64,000 bases of DNA, from assembly GCA_963713045.1 (NCBI GenBank), contig CAVQKE010000007.1:416001-480000 (forward strand). The letters are read 5' to 3'. Below, in pieces: positions 19,245-30,991 of the stretch. Source of the DNA: an uncultured delta proteobacterium. Lineage in GTDB: Bacteria > Myxococcota > Myxococcia > Myxococcales > Myxococcaceae. A program made the position numbers and the translations under genes. The first letter of the stretch is position 1. Every line of letters begins with the position of its first letter. The notes under the pieces are model-generated. The model was not told the DNA's origin and searched no databases. It was given only the letters and a program-made list of their open reading frames with translations.

Positions 19245-20299
19245 TCCTCCACCGGCCCGCCCGGCTTCATCACCTCGTCCAGCAGCACCGTGGCATAGCT
19301 TCCCCGCGGAAGCCGGAAGGCCAGCCAGACGTCCCGGCCCTCGCGCTCCACCTGCACCGCGCCCACCGGAACGGCGTAGGGCCGCCGCGCCCCTTCGGTT
19401 TCACCCTTCCCTGTCCGCAGCGCCCCCTCCGGAAGCCCCTCGGCGGCCAGCAGCTGCGCTTCCGCCGCAGCCACCTCCCCGGTGGGCAGCGGTTTGACTT
19501 TCCAGCCAAACATCGGCCCGGTGGGGGACACCTCAAGGCTGTCCACCCGCGGCTGCTCCCGTGCCACGTCTTCGCAGAGGAAGAGGCCTCCCGAGTCCGC
19601 CCGGCGCAGCACGTCCCCCAGCAGCGCCCGGCCGTAGGTGGCCGCCCCAAGGCGCGCCGCCAGGGCCCGGTTGAAGAGGAGTGACTGGTAGGCGGACAGG
19701 TACAGACGCCGCTGCAGCCTGTCCAGCCGTCCCGGCAGGCGCTGGCCGAGGAGGAGGGCGCGGCCGCGCGCGGCATTCTCCTGGCTCCGGCCGAAGCGCT
19801 GCGGGCCGAAGTAATTGGGCAGCCCCTGTTGACTCAGCGCCTTTAGGACAGCGGCGGCCGCCTCGGGGCTGTGCGGCTCGCGCAGTCGGATGCGGAAGGC
19901 ATTCCCCCACAGCTGCCCGGTGCGCAACTTTCTCTCGGTGCGCTCTGTCCGCAGCACCTGGACGCCCTCCAGGCCCAGCGGGGCGAGGGGCCCACTGCGC
20001 GGGTGCGGGACGGTGAAGGCCTGCTGGGTGATGGCCTGCTTGTCCTTCAGGCCGGCATAGCCCACCTCGCGGACGTCCACCGACGCTGCCCGGGCCAGCG
20101 CCCGCGCCACCTCGGCCGTCTCGACAGTGCGCTTCTGCACCCACAGCCAGAGGTGCTCGCCGCTGCCGGTGGGCGCAAACGCCGGCACCTCCTCCACCCA
20201 GAAGTCCTCGGGCGCCTGCTTCAGCCGTCCGCCGGTGCCGGGCAGCCCGGTGGTGAGGCGGGGCCACTTCCAGGCGTCCTCTGCGCTTGGACGCGTCAC
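19241..20299 (-). CDS. truD: tRNA pseudouridine(13) synthase TruD
   Basis: PEDF.VEE, GEHLWL, YAGLKDK.A.T.Q, GN.F.IRLR, PNYFGPQRFG, SAYQS.LFN and F.LP.GSYAT motifs. Confidence 0.95.
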   Translation of the reverse strand: MTRPSAEDAWKWPRLTTGLPGTGGRLKQAPEDFWVEEVPAFAPTGSGEHLWLWVQKRTVETAEVARALARAASVDVREVGYAGLKDKQAITQQAFTVPHPRSGPLAPLGLEGVQVLRTERTERKLRTGQLWGNAFRIRLREPHSPEAAAAVLKALSQQGLPNYFGPQRFGRSQENAARGRALLLGQRLPGRLDRLQRRLYLSAYQSLLFNRALAARLGAATYGRALLGDVLRRADSGGLFLCEDVAREQPRVDSLEVSPTGPMFGWKVKPLPTGEVAAAEAQLLAAEGLPEGALRTGKGETEGARRPYAVPVGAVQVEREGRDVWLAFRLPRGSYATVLLDEVMKPGGPVED

Positions 20300-21567
20300 T
20301 CGCCCAGGCCCGCGAGCAGCTCCTTCACCCTTCGGGCCAGCTCCTCATCGGCGCGCGACTCAAGCAGCTCGCCGGCTTGGAAGAGGAGAAAAAACATGAC
20401 GTCGCTGAGGGCCGTCCGCAGGCTGGCCACCGGTTCGCTGCCCAGCGCGCCCTTGGTGCGGGCGAAGCCCTCCAGAAGGGCCCGCTCCGGCAGCCGGCCG
20501 TCGCGGGCAAACTGCAGCCCCCTTAGCCCTGGAAAGGCGGTGAGGGACTGGCCAGCCAGCGCCGCGTTGGCGGCCTTGAGAAAGCCCGGTCCCCGGCCCT
20601 GCTTGGCCACTTCCGCCAGCACCTCGGCAAAAATGGCGTTGAAGGTCTCCACCACCGCCACCGCTGGGTCGGCGCTGGCCGCGGCCGTCGGCAGCCCTTC
20701 GGCGCTACTGACTTCGGACACCGAGGCGTAGCCGCCTTCCAGCAGGCGGAACAGCACCTTGGTGGCCTCAAATTCACTCAGCTTGGCCAGCGCCGCCAGC
20801 TCCAGCACGGTGTGGCGGCCGGTGGCCAGCCCCAAAAGCTGGTCCTCGTCCGGGTGCAGCTTGCCGTCGCTGGGGCGCTTTTTGGTGACGTACAGCCGCC
20901 CATGGGGAATGCGGCCGCGAAAGTGCGCCAGCTCGTCAATTTTGCGGACGGCGTCCATCAGAAGACTCTGCGTCGACAGCTGGACGTTGGACTGCAGCCG
21001 CTCGTCCAGGTCCTGGTCCACCAGGACGAAGACGCCCTCCCGGGCCAGGACAATGGCGTGAAAAATGTCGCTCACCTGGTGGTTGACGGCGGCCCACAGC
21101 TGGTGCGCTTGCAGCACGCCTCGGTCCACCAGCGCCCGGCCCACCTTGGACGGGGGGACGTCACGGAGTGCCGCGTCCACGCGGGCCCGGCTGGCCAGGC
21201 CCAACCGCACCAGCACTTCGCTGAGGCGGTCCGCCGCGTCCTCGCTGGCGGCGCCCCGCACCTCGCCGTCCTTGAGGGCCACGCTGCGTTCACCGTTGGC
21301 GGTGTACACGCGCAGCACGCCGCTCCAGCGGGAATGGCCGAGGAAAGCGATGAGGTCACTCACCGGAAAGCCGCCCGCTTCCCCCAGCAGCACCACCCGC
21401 GGTGACGGGGCGCGGCCCCCCTGCAGGGGCACCCGCAGCGCGCACAGCAAGTCGAATGCCGTGGGGACCAGGAGGTAGCGCCCGCCGCGCTGGGCCAGCT
21501 CGGCGGCCATCTCGGGTGAGTCCGGCTTCAGTCCTCCCCGGGCGTCAATGGTGAAGCGCGACGTCAC
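20296..21567 (-). CDS. DUF4388/PATAN-like myxobacterial protein
   Basis: 'DLIAFL..SRWSGVLRV...GER.V.LKDGEVRGA.S..DRL.EVLVRLG' and 'Q.LLMDAVRKIDE'; GTGA overlaps on both sides. Confidence 0.75.
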   Translation of the reverse strand: MTSRFTIDARGGLKPDSPEMAAELAQRGGRYLLVPTAFDLLCALRVPLQGGRAPSPRVVLLGEAGGFPVSDLIAFLGHSRWSGVLRVYTANGERSVALKDGEVRGAASEDAADRLSEVLVRLGLASRARVDAALRDVPPSKVGRALVDRGVLQAHQLWAAVNHQVSDIFHAIVLAREGVFVLVDQDLDERLQSNVQLSTQSLLMDAVRKIDELAHFRGRIPHGRLYVTKKRPSDGKLHPDEDQLLGLATGRHTVLELAALAKLSEFEATKVLFRLLEGGYASVSEVSSAEGLPTAAASADPAVAVVETFNAIFAEVLAEVAKQGRGPGFLKAANAALAGQSLTAFPGLRGLQFARDGRLPERALLEGFARTKGALGSEPVASLRTALSDVMFFLLFQAGELLESRADEELARRVKELLAGLGE

Positions 21568-22448
21568 TTCGGGGTGTCCACCGCCCAACTGCCCTGGTGC
21601 GACTGAAAGTCCAGCTCGTCCTCGAGGGTGAGTTCGAGCATGTTGGCCTGGGGGAGGAAGTCCACTTTCCGCCCGTTGAAGTACACCGTCGGCGTCCCCT
21701 GGACGCCAGCCGCCAGGCCGGCGTCCCGCAGGCGCTCCAACTCGGCGCGGTACACCTCCTCGGCCAGTGCCTTGGCCCAGGCGTCCGCCGGCAGCCCGGC
21801 CTTCACCACCACCTCGCGGATGACGTCGGGGGACATGCGTGCCTGGTTTTCGAAGAGGCCGTCATGCACCGGCCAAAACTTGCCGCGGTCTCGCGCGAAG
21901 AGGGCCGCCTGTCCGGCCGGCAGGGCGTTGGGGTGCTGCGGCAACGGGAAGGGCAGGTAGCACAGCCGCACCTGGGCTGCGTGCTCCTTGACGAATTTCT
22001 CGAGGATGGGCCGGCTGGCGCCGCAGATGGGGCATTCGAAGTCCGCGTATTCGGCAAGCGTCACCGGGGCATGCGGGTCGCCCTGGCACATTCTGTCGTC
22101 CACCGGCAGCTTGGCCCGCGGCTGCTGGAAAGACAGGTTGTAGCGCGCCAGGACGACACCCAGCTCGGCCGCGGTCGCGCCGCGCTCAGCCAGAATCGCC
22201 GCCAGCTGCACCTCCCGGCGCGAGTGCCGGCAGCCTTGGTGCGTCTGAATGCAGCTGGCCAGCGTGTGCGGCGCACCGCAGCCGCAAAACTCCTCGCCCA
22301 TGGCCTGCGTCACTTCCCGCCGGGCCGAATCGGAAAGCGAGGAGAGGTCCAACGGCGGCGCCTCATTCGCCGCCGGCGGTGACGCGGCCGCCGCCGCACC
22401 GCTTGCCAACACCAGCACCACCAAGAGAGGCGTCGTCCCGTGCCGCAT
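21564..22448 (-). CDS. DsbA/thioredoxin-fold periplasmic oxidoreductase with an extra Cys-rich N-terminal domain
   Basis: Signal peptide; EYADFECPIC active site; FPLPQH; GTPT.YFNG cis-Pro loop; N-terminal FCGCG..TLASC...GC. Confidence 0.88.
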   Translation of the reverse strand: MRHGTTPLLVVLVLASGAAAAASPPAANEAPPLDLSSLSDSARREVTQAMGEEFCGCGAPHTLASCIQTHQGCRHSRREVQLAAILAERGATAAELGVVLARYNLSFQQPRAKLPVDDRMCQGDPHAPVTLAEYADFECPICGASRPILEKFVKEHAAQVRLCYLPFPLPQHPNALPAGQAALFARDRGKFWPVHDGLFENQARMSPDVIREVVVKAGLPADAWAKALAEEVYRAELERLRDAGLAAGVQGTPTVYFNGRKVDFLPQANMLELTLEDELDFQSHQGSWAVDTPK

Positions 22449-22544
22449 GGCGTGACTTCTCGCCAGCGCGCGTGGGCCTTGTCAAGCAGCCCTCCTCTGT
22501 GGAACGCCTGTCACCCCGGCCCCAGTCGTCGTCCTTGGCCCCCC

Positions 22545-23531
22545 ATGCGCAAGACTGTCCTCCTCCTGCACACCGGCGGCACCCTGGGCATGGTGGGCGG
22601 CCGCCCGCATAGCTTGCGGCCGGCGCCGTTTGCCGAGGCCCTGCGCGCGCGCGTCCCGGAATTGACCGAGCTGGCCAACATTGAGCTGGAATTGTTCAGC
22701 AATGTGGACAGCAGCGAAGTGCAGCCCGAGGACTGGGTGCGTCTGGCCCAGCGCCTCTACCAGCGCCTCCCCGAGGTGGACGGCGCCGTGGTCACGCACG
22801 GGACGGACACCCTGGCCTTCACCGCCAGCGCCCTCTCCTTCCTGTTGCCGGGGCTGCGTCGGCCGGTGGTGTTGACCGGCTCCCAGCGGCCACTGCAGGA
22901 GGTGCGCAGCGACGCCCGCCTCAACCTGATTGACGCTGTCACCTCCGCCCTGCGGGGTCCGCCGGAGGTGACGGTGTGCTTCGACAGTCACCTCTATCGC
23001 GGCAACCGGACGCTGAAGGTGAAGGTGTCGGAATATGACGCCTTCGCCAGCCCCAACTTTCCCCCGCTCGGCACCTTGGGCGTGCACACCCACTTTCTGC
23101 CTGGGCTACGGCCGCGCGGGCGGCCGAAGCTTTTGCAGCGGCTCGAGCCGCGCGTCTTCCTCCTCAAAGCCTTCCCTGGGCTCGACCCGAGCCTCCCGCT
23201 GCTGTTGCTACCCCATGTCCGGGGCCTGGTGGTGGAGGCCTACGGCGCCGGCAACGTGCCGGTCGAGGCCGGCCGCTCGCTGCTGCCCTTTTTTCGCGCG
23301 GCCCGGGCGCGCGCCATCCCAGTGCTGGTCATCAGCCAAGCGCCTCGCAACGCAGTGGAGCTGGGCCTGTACCAGGGCGGGACGGCCATCCGCGAGGAAG
23401 GCGCGCTGGACGGCGGAGACCTCACCGCCCCGGCCGCTGTCACCAAACTGATGTGTGCGCTGGCGCTGTACCAGGACCGGGCCGCCCTGCGGCGCTACCT
23501 AGAGACGTCGGTCGCCGGAGAGCGCAGCTAG
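22545..23531 (+). CDS. ansA: L-asparaginase type I
   Basis: LHTGGTLGM, DSS, HGTDTL, TGSQRP, RGNR..K and F.SPNFPPLG motifs. Confidence 0.93.
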   Translation: MRKTVLLLHTGGTLGMVGGRPHSLRPAPFAEALRARVPELTELANIELELFSNVDSSEVQPEDWVRLAQRLYQRLPEVDGAVVTHGTDTLAFTASALSFLLPGLRRPVVLTGSQRPLQEVRSDARLNLIDAVTSALRGPPEVTVCFDSHLYRGNRTLKVKVSEYDAFASPNFPPLGTLGVHTHFLPGLRPRGRPKLLQRLEPRVFLLKAFPGLDPSLPLLLLPHVRGLVVEAYGAGNVPVEAGRSLLPFFRAARARAIPVLVISQAPRNAVELGLYQGGTAIREEGALDGGDLTAPAAVTKLMCALALYQDRAALRRYLETSVAGERS

Positions 23532-23541
23532 CGCCCCACCG

Positions 23542-23901
23542 CTACGGGCAGAGGCTGGTGGGCGTGCAACTGGCCGGCTGGCTGGGCTGCCCGCCGGTGA
23601 AGTCGCTGCACGGCAGATTGTTGACGGCGTTGATGCAAGCCTGTGCCGCGCTGCTGCTGTAGGTGCCCCCGCTGGGGCAGGCAATGGTGGCGCAGTTCGC
23701 CGCGTTTTCGGCCTGGGTGGTACAGCTCGCCTCTGTCCCGAAGGCCGCCGTGGCTGCTGCCAGGTCGCAACTGAAGAAGCGGCTGCAGATGGCGCTTGCC
23801 GCGGACTGGCAGGCCGCGGTGGGCGTCGAGGTGTCCACCGTGCTGCTGGAACAGGCGGCCAGTCCGGCCAATGCAGTGACGGCGAGGAAGGCGGTGCGCA
23901 T
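23542..23901 (-). CDS. Small Cys-rich lipoprotein
   Basis: Lipobox LAAC; many Cys in ~119 aa; GGAG RBS. Confidence 0.7.
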   Translation of the reverse strand: MRTAFLAVTALAGLAACSSSTVDTSTPTAACQSAASAICSRFFSCDLAAATAAFGTEASCTTQAENAANCATIACPSGGTYSSSAAQACINAVNNLPCSDFTGGQPSQPASCTPTSLCP

Positions 23902-24214
23902 GGGAAGCTCCAATTTCAGAAAAAAAGTGCCAGGGCACCCTACCTCGCCCGTCCAAAGGACTGGGAATGGACGCCTTCATCCCCCGCGGGGGGGGTGACG
24001 GTGAAGACAACGTCCCGATGTCGGGCCCCTGGGGGGGGCCCGGTGCTTTCTTCAAAGCCGCGCCGTACCCCCTTGCGTTCCTCGCGCCTTTGCGGGCAAG
24101 AGTGCGTCCCCCGCCGAGGCAAGGGCAGACGACGGCCCTCGCAGGTGCCAGCTGAAGTGTCCGGGGTGAAGGTGGCACGGCGCGGGGTGACTTGAGAGGA
24201 GGTGAGAGGCACCT

Positions 24215-24409
24215 GTGGCAGGCATTCGAGTGAAGGAAGGCGAATCCATTGAGAGCGCCCTCAAGCGCTTCAAGAAGGCCACCGAGAAGGCCGGCATCCT
24301 CTCCGAAATCCGCAAACGCGAGCACTACGAGAAGCCCTCGGTGAAGCGGAAGAAGAAGGCCCTCGCGGCGAAGAAGCGCGCGGTGAAGAAGCAGCGAAAG
24401 ACGTACTAG
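24215..24409 (+). CDS. rpsU: 30S ribosomal protein S21
   Basis: [18 protein letters not shown]...[23 protein letters not shown] start with GGAGG upstream. Confidence 0.98.
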   Translation: MAGIRVKEGESIESALKRFKKATEKAGILSEIRKREHYEKPSVKRKKKALAAKKRAVKKQRKTY

Positions 24410-24529
24410 GGGCCGTTGGAGGCCCCCCGCCCGGCAACGACCATTGGGGAGCGGCGCTTGAGCGTCGCTCCCCCTGCAGGCCGGGGGGGATGCGACAGCA
24501 GCCACCGAAAGCGAGGTACCCTCAAGGCC

Positions 24530-24985
24530 ATGGCCACCCTCAAAGAGCGCATTGACCAGGAGCTGAAGGACGCGATGCGCAGCAGGGAAGAGCTCACCAC
24601 CAGCGTCCTTCGCATGTTGAAGAGCGCGGTGAAGTACAAAGAGGTGGAGCCCGGCGCCAAGGCGCTGGACGACGCCGGCGTGCTGCAAGTCATCGCCACC
24701 CTCATCAAACAGCGGCGAGACTCCGTGGAGCAGTTCCGCAGCGGAAACCGCGATGACTTGGCCGACAAGGAAGAGCGCGAAATTGTGGTGCTGCAGCGCT
24801 ACCTCCCCCAGCAGCTGTCCAAAGAGGAGCTGCTGGCTGAGGTGAAGGCCGCCGTCAGCGCCACCGGCGCACGCGGGCCGAAGGACATGGGTGCCGTGAT
24901 GAAGGCCCTCCTGCCGAAGGTGCAGGGGCGAGCCGAGGGCAAGGCCGTCAGCGAGGCGGTGAAGGCAGCCTTGGCCGCGCTGTAG
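24530..24985 (+). CDS. yqeY: GatB/YqeY domain protein
   Basis: LKERI..ELK.AM, KQRRDS.EQF..G.R.DLA.KE, YLP.QLS and KDMG.VM motifs; located between rpsU and dnaG. Confidence 0.93.
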   Translation: MATLKERIDQELKDAMRSREELTTSVLRMLKSAVKYKEVEPGAKALDDAGVLQVIATLIKQRRDSVEQFRSGNRDDLADKEEREIVVLQRYLPQQLSKEELLAEVKAAVSATGARGPKDMGAVMKALLPKVQGRAEGKAVSEAVKAALAAL

Positions 24986-25041
24986 CGGAAAGGCCCCCCT
25001 GGGGGGCTGCGGGCGGTCAGTCGGTTGCAGTAGCGTGGACG

Positions 25042-26847
25042 GTGAAGCCGCCGCAGGGACAGACGTTGATTCCAGAGCAGAAAATCGACGAGGTGCTGGA
25101 GCGCGTCGACTTGGTCGCGCTGGTGGGCCGCCACGTCGAGCTGAAAAAGTCCGGCCGAAGCTTCAAGGGGCGCTGCCCCTTCCACGAAGAGAAGAGCGCC
25201 TCCTTTTACGTGACGCCGGAGCTCAAGCGCTTCAAGTGCTTTGGCTGCCAGGCGGGCGGGGACGCCATTGCCTTCCTGCAGCGCTACCAGGGGAAGTCCT
25301 TCGTCGACGCCGTGCGCGACCTCGCCCGCGAAGTGGGGGTGGAGTTGCAGGGTCCGGACGACCCAAGCGCCCGCGAGCGCCAGCAGCTACGCGAGGTGAC
25401 GGCGCTGGCCCAAACGCACTTCCAGCGCCTGTTGTGGGAGCCGGCTGAGGGCCGCCCAGCACGCGAGGCGTTGGCCGCCCGGGGCGTCTCCGACGAGACG
25501 GCGCGGGCCTTCGGCCTCGGCTGGGCACCGGAAGGGTGGACGCGCCTCTCCGAGGAATTGGTCCGACAGGGAATGCTGGAGCCAGGCCTGCAAGCTGGCC
25601 TGGTGCAGCGGCGCACCAAGGGGGAAGGCACCTACGACGTTTTCCGCGGCCGGCTGATGGTGCCCATCCGCGCCCCGGACGGCCGGCCCTTGGCCTTCGG
25701 CGGCCGGCTGCTGCTTGGCGAGCAAGGGCCGAAGTACCTCAACTCGCGCGAGTCGCGCCTCTACAACAAGAGCGACACCCTGTATGCGCTGGACATGGCG
25801 CAGCACGAGGTCCGCCGACAGCACATGGCCGTCCTGGTGGAGGGCTACTTTGACGCCATGGCGCTGCACCAGGCGGGCCTCCGGACAGCCGTGGCGCTGT
25901 GTTCAACGGCCCTCACCCCGGGCCACCTCGAGGTGCTGCGGCGCGCCGAGGCGCGCGAGCTGGTCCTGCTTCTGGACGGCGACGCCGCGGGCCGCTCGGC
26001 GGTGGAACGCCTCGCCGGGCCCCTCCTCGGCGCCGGGGCCAATACCCGGGTGGCCCTGCTGCCGGAGGGGGAAGACCCCGACACCTTTGCCCGCCGGACC
26101 GGGGAGAGTGGACTGCGCACGCTGCTGACTCAGGCCCGGCCGCTCAGCGAATACCTGCTTTTCAGCCTCCTCCCGGACGGCGCCGCCGCGGGCTTCGAAG
26201 GGAAAATGGAGGCCCTGGAGCGCCTCAAGCCGGTGCTGGCCCACCTCCAACCGGGCCTCATCCGCACCGCCTTCCTCGCGGCAATGGCCCGCGGCTTCGG
26301 CCTGCCGGCCTTTGAGTTGGAGGCGGCCCTGCGCGGCCGGGTGGAACCCGCCCGGGCCATCCCCCGGCCAGTCCCTGCCGCCCCCCCGGCCCGCCCCGTG
26401 GACGCGGTGGAGGCCGCCCTCGTCGCAGCCGCCCTCCGCCAGCCGGCCCTCCTCGAGGAAGGAGGGGCGCACAGCACCGATGAGTTGGTGCACCACGCCG
26501 GGCTGCGCATCATCCTCGCCCGGCTGCAGGGCGGTGTCCCCTCGGCCGACGCCCTGGACGAGCTGCCGACCCGGCTGCTGGACGTGGTGGCCGCCCAAGG
26601 GCGCACCCTCCCCACCGACGAGGCGCCCTTGGCGGAGGCCTTCGCCCGCCTTTGCCGCCGGCTGAAATTGCGTCGCATTGACGAAGCACTCACCCACATC
26701 GCCCGGGTGACGGGCGAACACGCCTCAGCGCATGAACTGGACGAGGACACGCGCCGACTCCAAGCTGAGCGGGTGGAACTGCTCGGGCTGCGCCGCCGCG
26801 TCCTTGGCGAAGGGCGCGCTTCGGCACCCGGTTTCGAGTCGGTTTGA
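25042..26847 (+). CDS. dnaG: DNA primase (alternative TTG start at 25066)
   Basis: CHC2 zinc finger CPFH...CFGC; FGGR; KYLNS; TOPRIM VEGYFD and DGDAAG; DPD. Confidence 0.97.
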   Translation: MKPPQGQTLIPEQKIDEVLERVDLVALVGRHVELKKSGRSFKGRCPFHEEKSASFYVTPELKRFKCFGCQAGGDAIAFLQRYQGKSFVDAVRDLAREVGVELQGPDDPSARERQQLREVTALAQTHFQRLLWEPAEGRPAREALAARGVSDETARAFGLGWAPEGWTRLSEELVRQGMLEPGLQAGLVQRRTKGEGTYDVFRGRLMVPIRAPDGRPLAFGGRLLLGEQGPKYLNSRESRLYNKSDTLYALDMAQHEVRRQHMAVLVEGYFDAMALHQAGLRTAVALCSTALTPGHLEVLRRAEARELVLLLDGDAAGRSAVERLAGPLLGAGANTRVALLPEGEDPDTFARRTGESGLRTLLTQARPLSEYLLFSLLPDGAAAGFEGKMEALERLKPVLAHLQPGLIRTAFLAAMARGFGLPAFELEAALRGRVEPARAIPRPVPAAPPARPVDAVEAALVAAALRQPALLEEGGAHSTDELVHHAGLRIILARLQGGVPSADALDELPTRLLDVVAAQGRTLPTDEAPLAEAFARLCRRLKLRRIDEALTHIARVTGEHASAHELDEDTRRLQAERVELLGLRRRVLGEGRASAPGFESV

Positions 26848-26872
26848 AATCCAAAGGCCTGCGCGCTAGATC
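26844..26872 (+). promoter_or_regulatory. Putative sigma70 promoter of rpoD
   Basis: TTGAAA-N17-TAGATC ending ~60 nt upstream of the rpoD ATG; the -10 box contains GATC. Confidence 0.55.
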
Positions 26873-26931
26873 CGCGTGTTCACCCTGATTTTCCCGCCTC
26901 GCCCCTCTCCACCCCAAGGCAACCCCTCGTT

Positions 26932-29010
<2,079 letters not shown>

Positions 29011-29042
29011 CGCCCAAGGCCCTCCTGCCGCTGCCCACCAGG

Positions 29043-29369
29043 GTGTCCCGCGTGGTGCGCGCCATCCCCAAGGGCACTGTCCTCTCGTACTCGCGGGTGG
29101 CGGTGTTGGCCGGAATGCCGGGGCGCGCTCGGTTGGTGGGAAAGCTACTCGCCTTGTGCGGCCCTGGCCTGCCCTGGTGGCGGGTGGTGCGCGCCGACCG
29201 CACCCTGGCCGAGCCGGTGGCCAGCGTCCAGGCCCGACACCTCCGGGCGGAGGGCGTCCGCCTCCGCGGCGCCCGGGTGCCGCTGGCCTCCGTCCTGGCC
29301 GTGGCCGACGCCCGGCTGCTGCGCGCGCTGCAGCGCAGCCGCCTGGAGGCCCAACGCCGTCGCAGCTGA
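29043..29369 (+). CDS. Alkyltransferase-like (MGMT family, ATL/YbaZ) protein; start uncertain
   Basis: IPKG.V.SY..VA..AG.P..AR.VG; PWWRVV has Trp in place of the catalytic Cys of PCHRV. Confidence 0.82.
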   Translation: MSRVVRAIPKGTVLSYSRVAVLAGMPGRARLVGKLLALCGPGLPWWRVVRADRTLAEPVASVQARHLRAEGVRLRGARVPLASVLAVADARLLRALQRSRLEAQRRRS

Positions 29370-29474
29370 CTCGCCCCGGGTGTGCGCCTCTCCCTATGCT
29401 GGCCCCTAGCTTGGCGCCCGGGGCGGGCGTCCAACGCCGGGCACAGGTTCTCGCCCCTTCAAGGGATTTCTGCC

Positions 29475-30371
29475 ATGGCGAAAGGCTTCCGAGACTTCAT
29501 CGCGCCCTACTGCGTCACCAACGGAAAGGGCTTCCGGCTGAAGGACGTGGACCCAGCCGACACCCAAGGCCTCGGCGAGCAGGCGGCGAAAGCCATGCTG
29601 GAGGAAGAGGTGGCGCTGCTGAGCGAGCTTCAGGAGAAGCTTTACGCCCAGGACAGCTGGGCGCTGCTGGTCGTCCTGCAGGGCATGGACGCAGCCGGCA
29701 AAGACGGCACCATCAAGCACGTCATGTCCGGGGTGAACCCACAAGGCTGTGATGTGAATTCCTTCCGCGAGCCGTCCGCGGAGGAGCTGAACCATGACTA
29801 CCTGTGGCGCACCACCCGCGCCCTTCCGCAACGGGGGCGGATTGGCATTTTCAACCGCTCCTACTACGAGGAAGTCCTGGTGGTGCGGGTGCACCCCGCC
29901 GTGCTGCGGCAGGAAAAAATCCCGCACGCCTTGGTGGGCAAGGACATTTGGACGCAGCGCTTCGAAGACATTGTCGCCCTGGAGCGCTACCTCGGCCGCA
30001 ATGGCATTTGCCTGCGCAAGTTTTACCTGCACCTCTCCCGTGAGGAGCAGCGAAAACGGCTGTTGAAGCGCCTCGACGACCCGACGCGCACCTGGAAGTT
30101 TTCTTCTGCCGACTTGGCGGAACGCCCCTTCTGGGACGCCTACCTGGAGGCCTACCAAGACGCCATTGCAGCCACCGCCAGCGAAGCCGCCCCCTGGTAC
30201 GTGGTCCCGGCGGACAACAAATGGTTTACCAGGCTGGTGGTGGCCGGGACGCTGGTGCAGGCCCTCGAGCAGATGAAGCTGGCCCTTCCAGCCCTGGACG
30301 CCAAGCAGCGAAAGGAGCTGGACGCATTCCGCGTGACGCTGCAGGCCGAGGGGAAGCCCAGGAAGCCCTGA
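29475..30371 (+). CDS. ppk2: Polyphosphate kinase 2 family protein (probably class III)
   Basis: LQGMDAAGKDG, GVNPQG, HDYLWR, FNRSYYEEVLVVRVHP, WKFS and PWYVVPADNKW motifs. Confidence 0.93.
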   Translation: MAKGFRDFIAPYCVTNGKGFRLKDVDPADTQGLGEQAAKAMLEEEVALLSELQEKLYAQDSWALLVVLQGMDAAGKDGTIKHVMSGVNPQGCDVNSFREPSAEELNHDYLWRTTRALPQRGRIGIFNRSYYEEVLVVRVHPAVLRQEKIPHALVGKDIWTQRFEDIVALERYLGRNGICLRKFYLHLSREEQRKRLLKRLDDPTRTWKFSSADLAERPFWDAYLEAYQDAIAATASEAAPWYVVPADNKWFTRLVVAGTLVQALEQMKLALPALDAKQRKELDAFRVTLQAEGKPRKP

Positions 30372-30443
30372 GGAACGCCCCCCAGCAGGTGCCGGCGGTC
30401 CAGGGCCGTGCAGCGCCAGAGGCGTCTTGGCTGGATGGAAAGG

Positions 30444-30500
30444 GCAACCCAAGGGTTGCATGTTGTTTCGGGCTGCGCTAATCAGCAACCGGGAGGTTGC
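30444..30500 (+). promoter_or_regulatory. Promoter with two GCAACC-N4-GGTTGC operators (probable ArsR autorepression)
   Basis: Palindromes at 30444-30459 and 30485-30500 flank TTGCAT-N17-TAATCA (30456-30484). Confidence 0.7.
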
Positions 30501-30502
30501 AC

Positions 30503-30991
30503 ATGGGCAATGACCGCATCGAGAAGAAGATTCTCCTGAAGGCACCGAGGAGCCGCGTCTGGCGGGCACTCACCAACGCCCAGGAGTTTGGCAGCTGGTT
30601 CGGGATGAAGCTGGAGGGCCCCTTTGCCAACGGGACGCCGGTGCGCGGCGTCATCGTGCCCACCACCGTCGATGCTGAGGTGGCGAAGATGCAGAGACAG
30701 TACGAGGGGCACCCACTCGAGTTGTGGGTGGAGCGGATGGAGCCGGAGCGCCTGTTCTCCTACCGTTGGCACCCCTACGCCGTCGAGGCGGGCGTCGACT
30801 TCTCGAAGGAGCCGACCACGCTGGTCACCTTCACCTTGGAGGAGAAGGAGAACGCCACCCTGTTGACGGTCACCGAGTCGGGCTTCGACCAGATTCCGCT
30901 CGGCCGCCGCGCCGAGGCCTTCCGCAGGAACGAGGGCGGCTGGAGTAAGCAGATGGAAATGATTGAGAAGTACCTCGCTCATGCCCGCTAG
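30503..30991 (+). CDS. SRPBCC/AHSA1-family ligand-binding protein
   Basis: IEK.I.L.AP..RVW.ALT...F..WFG, FSYRWHP, TLVTFTL, T.LTVTESGF and GW motifs. Confidence 0.9.
   Translation: MGNDRIEKKILLKAPRSRVWRALTNAQEFGSWFGMKLEGPFANGTPVRGVIVPTTVDAEVAKMQRQYEGHPLELWVERMEPERLFSYRWHPYAVEAGVDFSKEPTTLVTFTLEEKENATLLTVTESGFDQIPLGRRAEAFRRNEGGWSKQMEMIEKYLAHAR

Noticed and set aside
23917..23932. Sigma54-like TGGCAC-T7-CT upstream of the Cys-rich lipoprotein
   Set aside because: Lacks the -12 GC and would leave almost no leader.
24171..24184. GGTGGCACGGCGCG shared with 4779-4792
   Set aside because: The core also occurs in coding DNA (pyrH), is expected by chance at this GC content, and has no -12 GC here.
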